A stretch of DNA of 54,965 nt, from positions 1-54,965 of IMG/VR virus record IMGVR_UViG_3300036832_000602; one strand, 5' to 3'. The DNA is from a virus. Its lineage: Duplodnaviria; Caudoviricetes. The notes beneath the pieces are model-generated. The model did not search any database. It was given only the letters and a program-made list of their open reading frames with translations, and was not told where the DNA came from. The position numbers and the translations under genes are program-made. This document shows, piece by piece, positions 19,562 through 29,759 of the stretch. Position 1 is the first letter of the stretch. Each line of letters opens with the position of its first letter.

Positions 19562-20073
19562 CAGTACATGTACCCCGGCCACTGGTTCTGGTACGGCCAG
19601 CCGGTCATGGTGCCGCCGCTTACGCCAGAGGAAATGGAATTGCCGTAGAGGTCGAACTGATAGGGGAAGATCAACTGACCCGCGTACAGGTTGTAGACGG
19701 CCCCGGTGAAGATGTCGGACGTAGGCATCTGGCTGCTCGGCATCGCCGTGGTGCCGTCGAAGAGTCCCGCCAGCCGCGCCACAGCCTGCTGGTAGCGCAG
19801 GAGGACGGGATCGAGAGTCTCGAAGTCCTTTGATCTGCGCCAGACACACGTCGCCAGGAAGGCGGCGATGTCCCGCGTCCAGTAGATGACCATTCCCGGA
19901 ACGGAGTCCGCGGGGCTGTACGGGCCACCGACGTAGGTGTCTACGACGGAGGATGCCTCGGCGATCGAGTCGGTGAGGGTGGAGTCGTCCATGTCCGCGG
20001 CGGTGTTGGTGCCGGACGTTTGACCGTCAGCCGCCAGCGCGTTGCGGACATCGACCACCGAGCAGTAGTTCAT
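19561..20073 (-). CDS. Head-to-tail adaptor (Mu gp36-like)
   Basis: YCSVVDV...IAEASSVVDTYV...RYQQAVARL pattern. Confidence 0.75.
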   Translation of the reverse strand: MNYCSVVDVRNALAADGQTSGTNTAADMDDSTLTDSIAEASSVVDTYVGGPYSPADSVPGMVIYWTRDIAAFLATCVWRRSKDFETLDPVLLRYQQAVARLAGLFDGTTAMPSSQMPTSDIFTGAVYNLYAGQLIFPYQFDLYGNSISSGVSGGTMTGWPYQNQWPGYMY

Positions 20074-20081
20074 GGCCTGTC

Positions 20082-20456
20082 CTACCGGCGACCCTCGTGC
20101 TGGTTGGGCTGGTTGTGCTGGTCGGGCTGGTCGCCACCCTCCCTGGTCGTCGCAGCCTTCAACTGGGCCTCACGAGCCTTCGCCTGCGATTCCTGGGCCT
20201 CCTTTTCGAGCTTCTGCGCCTCTTCCTCGGCCTTCTGCTCCTTCCTGGCCTGCGCAATCGGGACGACCGCCCCGGCGTCCTCAAGCTCCTGGACGCGCTC
20301 GGGTGGCATCTGAGCCAGGTCGACCTCGTCGCCCTCGTGGTACTCGGTGGTGTCCACCTTGACAGGCACCTCGTTGATGGTTTGGGAGTTCGTCGGCACG
20401 TCGAGATAGTCAGTCTTGACAACGTGTGTTGCCGTGCCTCCGTTGGTCATGTTCAC
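20082..20456 (-). CDS. Hypothetical protein after major capsid
   Basis: GGAGG SD; EGDEVDL...LEDAGAV motif plus coiled coil. Confidence 0.7.
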   Translation of the reverse strand: MNMTNGGTATHVVKTDYLDVPTNSQTINEVPVKVDTTEYHEGDEVDLAQMPPERVQELEDAGAVVPIAQARKEQKAEEEAQKLEKEAQESQAKAREAQLKAATTREGGDQPDQHNQPNQHEGRR

Positions 20457-20495
20457 CTCCTATTGGTAAGTAAGATCGGTGTGTTATCTCAGCAA

Positions 20496-21416
20496 TCAGC
20501 AGGCGGTGAGGATGACCGCAGCCAGCGGCTGGTCGAGGCCCATCGCAGACCTTCTATTTACATCAGACCGCCAGGTGCGGCGGGGCTGGTCGCGATACAG
20601 CGGGGTCGCCTGCAGCGGTTCCTCGTCGGAGTAGAAGCCCACAGTGCCCCGCTCCATGATGAGGACGCTGGAGTCGGGCAGCACGCCACCGGACTTCGTC
20701 ACGAGCACGTCCAGGTTCAGCACCTTCTGCGGCATGACGCCTGTGTAGAGAAGGTTCTCATCGGCCAGGTTGCCCTGGAAGATGTTGTTGAACTGGGTGC
20801 TGGACAGCAGGTTGTACTTCTGCACCTCCGTGATGACCATAGTGTCAGCGAAGAAGTTCAGGTAGTTCAACGGCTGCTGGCCGGTAACGGCGTTGTTGAC
20901 GATCTTCACGCCCTTCAGGACATCCTGACGGATATTCGTGGAGGTCGCCCAGGCCGTCGCGACTGCGAAGGTGGGGACGGACGGGTTCGCCAGGAACAAC
21001 TGGAAGAACGACTGATCCCAGTCGCGCCGCATAGTGTTGCGCACCTGGTTCATCTGGATGTTCACCATGTCGATCTTGTTCCGCATCCGCATCTCGTCAG
21101 AGATAAGGATTGACAGACCGCGGTCGATAGTGTTGGCAACGGTCGGGATGCCCAATGATGTTTGGGCGTACATGTATTCGGCGAACTCGGCCCTGACGGC
21201 AGCAGTCGTGTTCGCAAACAGAGGCGTCGACTGGTAGAACTCAACGAGTCCCGAGTCGTTTGATCCTGCATTACGGAGAATCGAATCCGAGATGAACTGG
21301 TTCTCTGCAATTTCGAGGATACGCCGTGGAACAACAGTCGGGTTACGGATAAGGTCGTTTACGACTACCCGTGGACCATCGGTTACCGACTGGATTGGCA
21401 TGATTGCGTTAGACAT
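20496..21416 (-). CDS. Major capsid protein
   Basis: 306 aa after decoration protein; strong AGGAGGAGG SD; GFYSDEEPL...LDQPLAA C-terminus. Confidence 0.85.
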   Translation of the reverse strand: MSNAIMPIQSVTDGPRVVVNDLIRNPTVVPRRILEIAENQFISDSILRNAGSNDSGLVEFYQSTPLFANTTAAVRAEFAEYMYAQTSLGIPTVANTIDRGLSILISDEMRMRNKIDMVNIQMNQVRNTMRRDWDQSFFQLFLANPSVPTFAVATAWATSTNIRQDVLKGVKIVNNAVTGQQPLNYLNFFADTMVITEVQKYNLLSSTQFNNIFQGNLADENLLYTGVMPQKVLNLDVLVTKSGGVLPDSSVLIMERGTVGFYSDEEPLQATPLYRDQPRRTWRSDVNRRSAMGLDQPLAAVILTAC

Positions 21417-21430
21417 TTCTCACCTCCTCC

Positions 21431-21871
21431 TTATGAAATCGACAGCGACATGGCGCCGACAGCTCCGAGCGCAACGCCTGCTGGTTCGTAACAGATTCCG
21501 ACGACCTGACGTGCGTCAGGGGTTGCACCTGCCGGTGTGACCTGCCCGTTCGCTGCCGTGATGAGCCGCTGGCCGAACGTGGCGGCAGCGGCATAGGTCA
21601 CCGGGTAGACGCCTTCCGATGCCACGCCCACCGTGTTCGGGAACGGCGCCAGGTTGACGGCGACCGGTGCACCTGGAACGGTGGGGGTCTGGGCGACCGT
21701 GGCTCCGAGCGCGTCCGTGACGGCCACGCCGAGGCAGACGTTGCTGGCGGCTCCTGCCGGCTGCACGCCGGTAGCGGTCGCATCGACAAGCTGCCCGCCG
21801 ACGATCGACGCTGTCGGGACGACGGTAAAGGTTACTGGTCCACGGTCGAACCGTGGGGTTACTCCAGGCAC
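21431..21871 (-). CDS. Capsid decoration / cement protein (DUF2190-like)
   Basis: Ala/Gly/Val-rich; GVAVTDA, AATFGQRLITAANGQV, VVGIC. Confidence 0.75.
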   Translation of the reverse strand: MPGVTPRFDRGPVTFTVVPTASIVGGQLVDATATGVQPAGAASNVCLGVAVTDALGATVAQTPTVPGAPVAVNLAPFPNTVGVASEGVYPVTYAAAATFGQRLITAANGQVTPAGATPDARQVVGICYEPAGVALGAVGAMSLSIS

Positions 21872-21888
21872 TGGCTAGCTCACCTCCC

Positions 21889-22938
21889 TCACTGCTTGGC
21901 CCAGGCGTCGAGCAGAGCGTCGACGCGCTGGTCTTCGTTGGCCTCGTTGTCGAAGGCTTCGGCCGATCCACGCATTGTGGTCAGCTCGATGAAGCCTTCG
22001 GTCTCGTGCAGCATGTTGCGGATCACCTGGGCCACGTCGATGTTGTCGCCACCGTGATTGCTCAGGTCGATAACTGGTGCCTGTGGTAGCTCCAGGATCG
22101 GCTTGGCCAGGAGCACGATCGCGGGCGGAACGCCCTTGTCCACCCACGTCCGCATCTCGTTGGCGAACTTCTGCCTAGCGAGATCCAGTTCCAGCGTCTC
22201 GATCCGGTGCTGCATCGCCAGATCGACCGCAGCCTCCCCGACCAAGTCCACGGGGGGTCTGGTTGCCTTACGGGACAAGCTGGCTGCTGCTTTCTCCAGC
22301 TCCTCCTCGTCCTCCTTGGCGTCTGCTTCGAGACCATCGATCTCTTCCTGAGTCGGCGCTCCCGGCACCGTGTTCGGTGGGGGAGCGTCGGTTACTATTG
22401 CTGGTGTTGGCACTTTCACCTCCTCATTGGTTACGTCAATGGTGTTCGCTACCTCTTCGGACAGCGACACCTCCTGCCAGGACGCCATCCCCGTGACACG
22501 GGGATCGAGCGTTCCAAGCACATGTTGGATGGCGCGGGGGAACTTTTTCCCGTCCGAGCGCTCCAGGCTTTCGATGATGCGGGCAGAAACGCCCAGTTTG
22601 GGGTTCTTGCGCACGAGGTCCGAAGCGTCCGGGGTGAGGTCGAGCAGCACGTCCAAACCGAGGGGGGTCAGTTCGACGCCTCGTACCTCACCCCGGAAGC
22701 GCTCCGGATCCATCGTATGGCTGTTGTCGTCTTTCGCCAGCAAGAACGCAACTTGATCGAACGCTTGACCGCGGAACGACTCAGCCAGATCCGCCAGGTA
22801 ACGCTCATCGAACGTGATCTTCCGACCCTTGTAGTCGATGGTTCCTTTGGGCAGCAACTGCTTTCGCCACAAGGTCTTCGACAGTTCGACGGCGTCGTTG
22901 CGGTCGAGCGGCGCCAGGAGTGCGTACTCGCCGGTCAT
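21889..22938 (-). CDS. Prohead protease / scaffold (Mu gpI-like)
   Basis: LLPKGTIDYKG, H..DPE..RGEV, GVSARI, HVLGTLDPRVTGM followed by acidic helical scaffold. Confidence 0.8.
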   Translation of the reverse strand: MTGEYALLAPLDRNDAVELSKTLWRKQLLPKGTIDYKGRKITFDERYLADLAESFRGQAFDQVAFLLAKDDNSHTMDPERFRGEVRGVELTPLGLDVLLDLTPDASDLVRKNPKLGVSARIIESLERSDGKKFPRAIQHVLGTLDPRVTGMASWQEVSLSEEVANTIDVTNEEVKVPTPAIVTDAPPPNTVPGAPTQEEIDGLEADAKEDEEELEKAAASLSRKATRPPVDLVGEAAVDLAMQHRIETLELDLARQKFANEMRTWVDKGVPPAIVLLAKPILELPQAPVIDLSNHGGDNIDVAQVIRNMLHETEGFIELTTMRGSAEAFDNEANEDQRVDALLDAWAKQ

Positions 22939-22950
22939 TTCGTCACCTCC

Positions 22951-23283
22951 TTATGCCGTAGGGAAGAACAGGTTTGCGACGTAAGGCCACTCACCCTGCA
23001 CTGCTGACATAATCTGACCATCAGCGATGCGATTGGAGTCGAACTCTTCTGGCGGGGTGCCTGCAGCGTCATCGGCTAAACCAGGCGCCGTGCCGACCAA
23101 GCTGTAGAAGGTGTTGAGAGAAACACCTCCGCCAGAGTTCTTGATGATGTCGTTGGCAAGCGCGACGTACGACGGGTCAGCGGCATTACGGTAGTTGTCA
23201 GTCGCCTGCTCGATCAGGCACGCCTGTATACGCATCTGGAAGGCCAGGTCATTCGTCAACCGGTTCTGTTCCTCGTATCCCAT
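22951..23283 (-). CDS. Hypothetical phage protein
   Basis: AGGAGG SD, intact ORF within operon. Confidence 0.7.
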   Translation of the reverse strand: MGYEEQNRLTNDLAFQMRIQACLIEQATDNYRNAADPSYVALANDIIKNSGGGVSLNTFYSLVGTAPGLADDAAGTPPEEFDSNRIADGQIMSAVQGEWPYVANLFFPTA

Positions 23284-23293
23284 TACATGCCTC

Positions 23294-23698
23294 CTAAGCC
23301 ATCTTGGGTGACACGACCCAGTGCTCCTGAGCCGAGCGTCCCTGGCCGGCGCCGGTCGTCGCCGCCTCGACGGTCCACTCGCCTGGGAAGCTTGTGGTGT
23401 CGAGCCAGGTCTGGTAGACGCCTTGACCGGTACGGGCCAGTGTGCCGACGCTCACCTTCTCCGGGACCGTGACTCCGTCCCAGTTGGCGTAGAGCCAGGT
23501 GATCTCCGGCTGATCCGTCGTCCCGACCTCCGAGTAGATGGTCAGGGACTCAGGGTCGAGTGCGCTCTGCATGGTCTCGGCGTCCACGATCTCGACCGTG
23601 AGGATGGCGATGTCACCTTCCTCGAAGGTGTGGATCGCATCGAGCCAGTCGACGGTGAGTGTCACCACCCCCGGCTGGACTACAGAAGGGGTGGTCAC
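23294..23698 (-). CDS. Hypothetical beta-rich (Ig/BppU-like) virion protein
   Basis: DPESLTI...GVYQ...DT...GEW pattern; GTGA coupling. Confidence 0.6.
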   Translation of the reverse strand: MTTPSVVQPGVVTLTVDWLDAIHTFEEGDIAILTVEIVDAETMQSALDPESLTIYSEVGTTDQPEITWLYANWDGVTVPEKVSVGTLARTGQGVYQTWLDTTSFPGEWTVEAATTGAGQGRSAQEHWVVSPKMA

Positions 23699-25236
23699 TT
23701 CGACGTACCCTCCGAGGTCCAGTTATCGGGGATCAGGTCAGCCCAGCCCTTCTTGCGCAACACCCGCATGATGTAGCGCCGGACCTGGGCCTGATCGCCC
23801 TTGGCGAACTGCACCATCTTGGTAGCACGGGAAGCGAGGGTGCGGTTGGTGAGCGGGAACCGCGCACCTCCCGCACCCCCGCCGCCCTTAGGTGGCAACG
23901 CCTCGCCCTTGGCGAGCGCCGCCTTACGCGTGGCCGCGGTCGGGCTAGGTACCGTGGCCAGCTCAATGATCTGCCCGAAGGCGTCGTACACGGAGGAGTA
24001 GCTGTGCGTGGTGATCGTGCGCCCCGCCTTGCGGGCCTGCGCGGCCGTGCGGACGGCTGCCGGTGGTGCTTGCGCGCCCGTGATCTGTCCTACAGACGGC
24101 GTCGCCTTCTCGACCAGCAGGTTGGTGTTGTTCGAGCGGGTCTGGCGGCTGGCCCCCGTCTGCTTGCCGGAGTGGATGGCGCTGTCCATGTCGCGGTCGG
24201 CTCCCCCTGAAGGAGATCCCGGCTGGCGGTCGGCACCGGATGTCCTGCGTGGGCGGGATGTCTGGTGGTGCTCCGGTGGCGGGCGCTCAAGGCCGGTGAC
24301 GTTCGGGCCGGAAGGCGCGGTATGCGTGCCTCCTGTGGTCTTGGGGCCTGGGTCCGGGGCGGTGTAGTGCTCGGTGCCCATGACCGAGTCCGAAGGTGCG
24401 TCGGAGCGGGTCGGGTCCGGCGTCGTCGGGTAACCGGTGTTGGCCTTGCCGGTGCCGACACCCCCGGAGCCAGGACCCCCGCGGGTGTCGGCAGTCGGCG
24501 CCTTCGGCTTGTTCTTGCTGCCGAGTGGGCGACCCGGACGGCGCTTCTTGGACGAGGACATGGACCCGTTGTCGCGGGCGGGCGGGTTGTCGGTGGCCGG
24601 CTTGTGCAGGCTGTTGTGCTTGACCAGCAGCGTCTGGTCCTTGACGCCGTCCACGTCCTGGGCGTGCATAGTCGCGAGGTGATGCCTCACTTCCTTGCCC
24701 GTCATCTGGTCAATCGGCTTCAGTCCGCCGTGGGACGGCTGATCGGAAGGGCGATGGACATGTTCACGGCTTTGGCGGGAGACCGGCGCGTAGCCCGAGC
24801 TGGCTCCGTATGTAGGCGTGGCGCCGGCAAGGTCCACGACCTGATCCTCGGTGACTGTCATGGAATGCTCCGATCTCGATGCGGCCTGTGCGTGCGCGAT
24901 CGCCCGCTTCTGGTTCCACTCACGGATCGCCTTGCGGGCCGCGGCCCTCACATCAGGGTGAATCTTCCCAGGATGCTTCGGGTGACCCACTTTGGTTTCA
25001 CCACCAACTGGAACACCAGCAGCCCATTTCTTGACAATTCCAACTGCAAGCTGAATAGCTTGGGATACAGAGTGGGCACTACCTTGCTCCAGTAAGTCGT
25101 GAGCAACGTGCTGGATATACGCGGGAAGCATCATGCCTTTTACGTGCCATAAGCCAGGGCCACCAGGCCGACCAAAAGGCTCAGGGACCGTGCTAGCAGT
25201 CGGCGTCTCGGCAGTAAAGTCCATGAGATCAGTCAT
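23695..25236 (-). CDS. Head-module protein with conserved N- and C-terminal domains and a long disordered middle
   Basis: GLWHVKG..LPAYIQHVA N-domain; RFPL...VRRYI...LIPDNW C-domain; start at MTDL or MDF, since the upstream extension overlaps the HNH gene. Confidence 0.7.
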   Translation of the reverse strand: MTDLMDFTAETPTASTVPEPFGRPGGPGLWHVKGMMLPAYIQHVAHDLLEQGSAHSVSQAIQLAVGIVKKWAAGVPVGGETKVGHPKHPGKIHPDVRAAARKAIREWNQKRAIAHAQAASRSEHSMTVTEDQVVDLAGATPTYGASSGYAPVSRQSREHVHRPSDQPSHGGLKPIDQMTGKEVRHHLATMHAQDVDGVKDQTLLVKHNSLHKPATDNPPARDNGSMSSSKKRRPGRPLGSKNKPKAPTADTRGGPGSGGVGTGKANTGYPTTPDPTRSDAPSDSVMGTEHYTAPDPGPKTTGGTHTAPSGPNVTGLERPPPEHHQTSRPRRTSGADRQPGSPSGGADRDMDSAIHSGKQTGASRQTRSNNTNLLVEKATPSVGQITGAQAPPAAVRTAAQARKAGRTITTHSYSSVYDAFGQIIELATVPSPTAATRKAALAKGEALPPKGGGGAGGARFPLTNRTLASRATKMVQFAKGDQAQVRRYIMRVLRKKGWADLIPDNWTSEGTSK

Positions 25237-25666
25237 AGCGAATATACACTTGCCAGTTTCTGATCCTAGAAATTGTGGCCTGACCCACACCATAATCTTC
25301 GGCCAGCTTCTTCTGGTGCACCCCAGCGTCGAGGGCAGCACGTATTTCTACGACCTGCTCCCATGTGAGCTTTGCACCTGGTCGAACAAATACCTGCCTA
25401 CCCTTAGCCCTTGAATCCCTTATATTATCTGACTGCGAACCAAGTCTGAGGTGCTCATAGAGGAAGCACGCAGGCTTATCGCACAAATGCATGACGACCA
25501 TCCCTTTCGGGATCGGACCGTTTATCTGCTCCCAAACCCACCTATGAAGAAGGATAACCTTTCCATCACGCGAAATTGCTCCATATCCCCTACCAGTACG
25601 AGGACCTCTATATTCGCGGCATGGTGTCGTAGGCTTGGTACCTGGCTCCCAGTCAGTGATAGTCAT
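25229..25666 (-). CDS. HNH endonuclease with C-terminal HTH
   Basis: GYG, HRWVWEQINGPIP..VMHLCDKPAC..HLRLGSQSDN, AKLT..V.EIR. Confidence 0.9.
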   Translation of the reverse strand: MTITDWEPGTKPTTPCREYRGPRTGRGYGAISRDGKVILLHRWVWEQINGPIPKGMVVMHLCDKPACFLYEHLRLGSQSDNIRDSRAKGRQVFVRPGAKLTWEQVVEIRAALDAGVHQKKLAEDYGVGQATISRIRNWQVYIRYD

Positions 25667-25827
25667 GGAACAAATCTATCAACAAGCAAGCCGACAGCGA
25701 GTGCGATGATCGCCCAGCAAATCTCTGCGATGTGGGTGCCGGGGGAGGATGCGAGCACGATGCCTGCGAGCACGATCGCCGCCGCGATCCCGAGCAGCAG
25801 GATAATTCTTTGCACGGTGATTGTCAT
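25663..25827 (-). CDS. Small 2-TM membrane protein (54 aa; not in ORF track)
   Basis: MTITVQRIILLLGIAAAIVLAGIVLASSPGTHIAEICWAIIALAVGLLVDRFVP; ATGA overlaps at both ends. Confidence 0.7.
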   Translation of the reverse strand: MTITVQRIILLLGIAAAIVLAGIVLASSPGTHIAEICWAIIALAVGLLVDRFVP

Positions 25828-27461
25828 GAACTGGTCGTCCTTGGTGCGGTGCGGCCCGAGACCGCCTGGCGCGCACGCTGTCTGGCAGGGGACGGCTTGC
25901 CGGTCGCTGTGTTCGTCTGCCCGACTCCGGCCCTGGAAGTACCGCTCGCCTGCTTCGGCTTCGGCACCTTGGGGCTGGGGGCTCCCTGGTTGGCCATCTG
26001 CTGCTGTGCGCTTTGCGCAACCTGCGCGCCCTGCTCGGTTACGGTCGTGATCTGCTGCAGGGAACCCTGCGGCTTGAAGCGTGAGAAGCCCTGCTCGATC
26101 TGGTCGGTGTTCATGCCCATCTGGTCAGCGATGTCGAGCGTCAGCTCCTTGATGAACTCGATCGGGACCTGGATGTTCGGGGCGGAGGCGAGTGCCTGCA
26201 GCATCGCCCAGGACTGCTGCACGTCCTGTGCCTGCATCGGGCCGACCTCGAAGCGGGGGATCTGGGTGTCGCGGCCCTTGTTCCAGCGCACCAGGTCCTT
26301 GACGACCTGATCGGACACTGTGTCGCCCAGCTCGCCGGCGTAGGCCCGCATCATCGTCATAAAGAAGGCGATCTGGGACTCGCTGAGGCCATAGCTGCCT
26401 CTGGAGCCACCGCCGCCTCCGGTGCTGACCGTGCCCATCGCACGAGATGGCAGGTCCGTGAAGCCTGCAAGCAAGCTGAGTGCGCTTTCCATATCGAGGT
26501 AGCCGATCGCCTCCTGGAAGGAGCGAGCGCTGTTCGTGTTGTACGGGAGTGGCATGATCTCCGACACCCACTCCTTCGGGATACCCGCTACGCCGGCATT
26601 TTTCAGTGCTGCGATCGCCTGCGCCGCTTTCTTTGCGGCTGAGTCGCTGTTGGCCAGGACCACGGTGCGGGGGAGGGACATGACCTCGCAGTACGTGTAC
26701 CACAGGAACTTCAGCTTTTCCTTGGTGCGATAGTTGCGGTAGCAGACCTGAAGGTCGGAGATGCCCTTGACAGGGTTACGGTGTTGTCCATGTACATAGA
26801 CAAGGGCATAGGGTAGCACAATGGACACCTGTATCGGCTTACCAAAGACCCATTGATTGAATCCCATGAGGTCTCCGGTACGCTTGTCACGTAGCATTGT
26901 GCATGTGTCAGTGGGGCGATAGGCGATCTTGTCATAGACAACCTGTCCCTTGTCGTCCTGCTTGAATACTTTTTCGTGGTAGGTGCGCCGCATGACGAAA
27001 GCAGAGGTCATCTGCGCCAGGGTGTACTCTATTGATCCCTGCATCCCGCCGTTCGGCGTGTCTTTACGCAGGATGTCCTCGACCCACTGGGCTGTTTTGT
27101 GGTCATTGTTGCCTTCACCGGGGGTCACACGCCAGCCGGCGCCGATGATCGGCATACTGAGGACCTGCTCCAGCGAGCGGGCCTTGCCGTCGTTGTCGAG
27201 CATCTCCTGCAGTTGACCCACGGTCGGCTCGCGGTAGTCGTAGACGAGGCCCACGTTGGCCGGAAGGCCAGGTTGATATGTGAAAACGAGGTCCCCAGCC
27301 GTGTAGTCAAACTGTGTGCCCAATTCCTGCTCAAAGACAGGCGTGGCATCGGGGTCGATCGGAGGGGCGCTGGACGCTGCCTGGCCTACCGAGGAGTTTG
27401 GCAACAATGGGGAGCGTGATCCTCCTGTATAAGCCGGTGAGGGCGGTACGTAATCACTCAT
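25824..27461 (-). CDS. Portal protein (Mu gp29 / DUF935-like)
   Basis: Follows terminase; ELGT, NPVKGISDL, GSYGLSESQ..FF, LVRWN motifs. Confidence 0.85.
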   Translation of the reverse strand: MSDYVPPSPAYTGGSRSPLLPNSSVGQAASSAPPIDPDATPVFEQELGTQFDYTAGDLVFTYQPGLPANVGLVYDYREPTVGQLQEMLDNDGKARSLEQVLSMPIIGAGWRVTPGEGNNDHKTAQWVEDILRKDTPNGGMQGSIEYTLAQMTSAFVMRRTYHEKVFKQDDKGQVVYDKIAYRPTDTCTMLRDKRTGDLMGFNQWVFGKPIQVSIVLPYALVYVHGQHRNPVKGISDLQVCYRNYRTKEKLKFLWYTYCEVMSLPRTVVLANSDSAAKKAAQAIAALKNAGVAGIPKEWVSEIMPLPYNTNSARSFQEAIGYLDMESALSLLAGFTDLPSRAMGTVSTGGGGGSRGSYGLSESQIAFFMTMMRAYAGELGDTVSDQVVKDLVRWNKGRDTQIPRFEVGPMQAQDVQQSWAMLQALASAPNIQVPIEFIKELTLDIADQMGMNTDQIEQGFSRFKPQGSLQQITTVTEQGAQVAQSAQQQMANQGAPSPKVPKPKQASGTSRAGVGQTNTATGKPSPARQRARQAVSGRTAPRTTSS

Positions 27462-27473
27462 ACTTCACCTGAA

Positions 27474-29162
27474 TTACCGCCATTCCTCAACGTATGGGCT
27501 CTCGCCACCGTAATCGAAAACGAAAGCATTGCCGGAATCGACCCCGAAGTAGAACAGGGACATCACCACGGCATCAGCGGAGTCAGGGGAGCGGCGGATG
27601 CGCTTACGGGTGTCATCTTTCGGCTCCACCTGGATCTTGGCACCTGCGAGAACGCGCCAGCGAGGAGCCGACAACTCGGCTGCCAACTGCTCGTCATCGG
27701 GGAGGGTGAGGGGGTCCGGGTTATCGGGGTCGAGAAGCTCACGCAGGTTCCACCAGGCGGCGCTGCGCTGGTTCGGAAAGGTGAACTCGCCGTGGGAGTC
27801 GTGCATATCGGTGCGGGCGGCGCTGTTGAAGCTGATGGTCTCCCGCTCGAGTTCCTGCAACCGGTCCACCACTCCGGCACCGAGGCCGATCACGTCCACG
27901 ACAGCTATCGAGGCAGGGTGCTCGCTCATGCGGCTGTTGATACGCAGGGCGGTGGTCTGGGTGTCCTGGTTGGCAAAGCGCTCAATCCTGAGCACGTTGC
28001 GCCCGCGGCGCGTGGAAAGGACGGTCTCATCGCTGCCGTAGCGCGCTACGTCGCAGCCGTACACGTAGGATCCCAGCAATTCTTCCTCGAGGTGGGGGTC
28101 TTCGGCAAGTTGTTTGGCCAGGATCCTGCCGCGCTCCTGTGCGGCTCGTATCCAGGGGAGGGGGATCACGCCGTTGGCCCCCGAGTCCTCCGGGAAAACG
28201 GCCCTTACCTTTGATTGCCACAGGGGGGTTTCAGTCCATGTGCCGTCGGCATCCCGGAGGACACCCCAGGCCAGCATGCGCTCTGCAACCCACAGGGGGG
28301 ACAGCAGCATCTGGGTCAGATCGTAGGGTATCTGCTCCTGTGAAAAGGGAATGTCGTGGTCCAGGAAGTACTGGTAAAGGTCACCTGTCTGGCGCTGGAT
28401 GGCGCTGACGGCTTTTACCTCGTCACGGCTGAAATTGGGGGATAGCAGCCCGTCCAGGCGGATGGTGTGCCAGCCCGATCCCGGTATGCACATGGCGCGG
28501 AAGCGGGAGTGGGCGGTATCCGGGTTGCCGATGGCCAGAACGCGTGCGTGCTCGTTGGTGGCGAGGGCGTCGACTGCGGTCCACAACTGCTCGGGGATAC
28601 CGGAGGCTTCATCAATTATGATCAGCACGTGCTTCTGGTGGATGCCCTGAAAGCCCGACTCGTCATAGTCGGCCGGCTTGCGGCCGTAGCCGACCAGTTC
28701 CTTCCCGATCTTCCACTCCGGCACCCGGCCCATGTTGATTTGTCCGGGGAGGTGTAATCTTCTATGAAGCTTCTCTATCTCACGCCACAGGATGGCACTG
28801 ACCTGACTGGAGGTGGGCGCCGTCGATACCACGAAGGCATCGCCCTGGGGATGGGTGTCTATCCACGCGCATGCGCTGGCTGCCGCCAGGAAACTTTTAC
28901 CTACATCATGGGCGCTGGGGACCACCGTGTACCTGTTTTTGGCAAGGGATGCCAAGACATGTCGCTGGCCCAGGGTTAGATGGATGCGATGGTTTTTGTA
29001 CCAGTCGCCGGCATGCGGTTGTGGGGCGAAGTAGGCATCGGCCACCTGCCGCGCCTGGGCCTCGAGGCGGATGGGTTCTTGTTCGGGTGGTCGTCTGCCG
29101 TGCGCGGTGCGCCGCAACCCCAGGCGTTCCTCGAGGCTGAGCCGCGCCTCAGGCTGATCCAC
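27474..29162 (-). CDS. terL: Terminase large subunit
   Basis: Walker A SAHDVGKS, Walker B IIIDEA, IGNP, nuclease GCDVARYGSD and SPDSADA. Confidence 0.93.
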   Translation of the reverse strand: MDQPEARLSLEERLGLRRTAHGRRPPEQEPIRLEAQARQVADAYFAPQPHAGDWYKNHRIHLTLGQRHVLASLAKNRYTVVPSAHDVGKSFLAAASACAWIDTHPQGDAFVVSTAPTSSQVSAILWREIEKLHRRLHLPGQINMGRVPEWKIGKELVGYGRKPADYDESGFQGIHQKHVLIIIDEASGIPEQLWTAVDALATNEHARVLAIGNPDTAHSRFRAMCIPGSGWHTIRLDGLLSPNFSRDEVKAVSAIQRQTGDLYQYFLDHDIPFSQEQIPYDLTQMLLSPLWVAERMLAWGVLRDADGTWTETPLWQSKVRAVFPEDSGANGVIPLPWIRAAQERGRILAKQLAEDPHLEEELLGSYVYGCDVARYGSDETVLSTRRGRNVLRIERFANQDTQTTALRINSRMSEHPASIAVVDVIGLGAGVVDRLQELERETISFNSAARTDMHDSHGEFTFPNQRSAAWWNLRELLDPDNPDPLTLPDDEQLAAELSAPRWRVLAGAKIQVEPKDDTRKRIRRSPDSADAVVMSLFYFGVDSGNAFVFDYGGESPYVEEWR

Positions 29163-29164
29163 GG

Positions 29165-29188
29165 CTATTCAGACACCTATTCAGACAC
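29165..29188. repeat. 12-bp tandem duplication CTATTCAGACAC x2, duplicating the stop region
   Basis: Seen directly in the sequence. Confidence 0.85.
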
Positions 29189-29698
29189 CACAGGGCCACC
29201 GTGGGCCGTTTGTGGGATATCGGGCGTAGGGGCCGGGCCTGAGAGGGCGGAGTATGTGATCTGGCGGACTTGCGGATCATTGGGATCGAAGCCGTAACGC
29301 AGGCCGAGGTTCCGAACTGCTTGGCTGAGGGCGTTGCCGATGAACTGGACCTGTTCCTGGCGCAGCCGGACGTCGTAATCGTTGCTGTAAGTGTTGCTGT
29401 GGTGCAGCGCGTTGGTCACCACGAACTGCGCGGCCTGCAGCCGGGTGCGCTCGCTTTGGGCGTGAACGGCCAGGTGACAGATGCTGGCGGCGGAGATCAG
29501 CGCATGCTCACGGAGGATGCGCGACGTCGCAGCCCGCTGGTCATGGTCGTCCAGGGCACTCTCCAACACCAGGTCCTGCAGGGCTGCTTGTGGGTTCCAG
29601 TGCGCGTCGGGCACGCGGACTGTTTCCTGGTAAGTGTTGTCTGACTGCTGCTGAGGGTGACCCTCCACCTCATGTTCAGATATCTGCTCAGGGTCCAT
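29177..29698 (-). CDS. Putative terminase small subunit
   Basis: First gene of the structural operon; helical SERTRLQAAQFVV motif; TACTTT -10 6 nt upstream (possibly leaderless). Confidence 0.6.
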   Translation of the reverse strand: MDPEQISEHEVEGHPQQQSDNTYQETVRVPDAHWNPQAALQDLVLESALDDHDQRAATSRILREHALISAASICHLAVHAQSERTRLQAAQFVVTNALHHSNTYSNDYDVRLRQEQVQFIGNALSQAVRNLGLRYGFDPNDPQVRQITYSALSGPAPTPDIPQTAHGGPVVSE

Positions 29699-29759
29699 GT
29701 GCGTAAAGTACAACGATCTGCACCAAAAAGCGAGCTTATACAGCCTGGGGTTGCATATA

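Noticed and set aside
863-29644. Long plus-strand ORFs opposite the structural genes (e.g. 3575..5128, 15443..16837, 20097..21113)
   Set aside because: Antisense shadow ORFs typical of high-GC DNA, with no motifs
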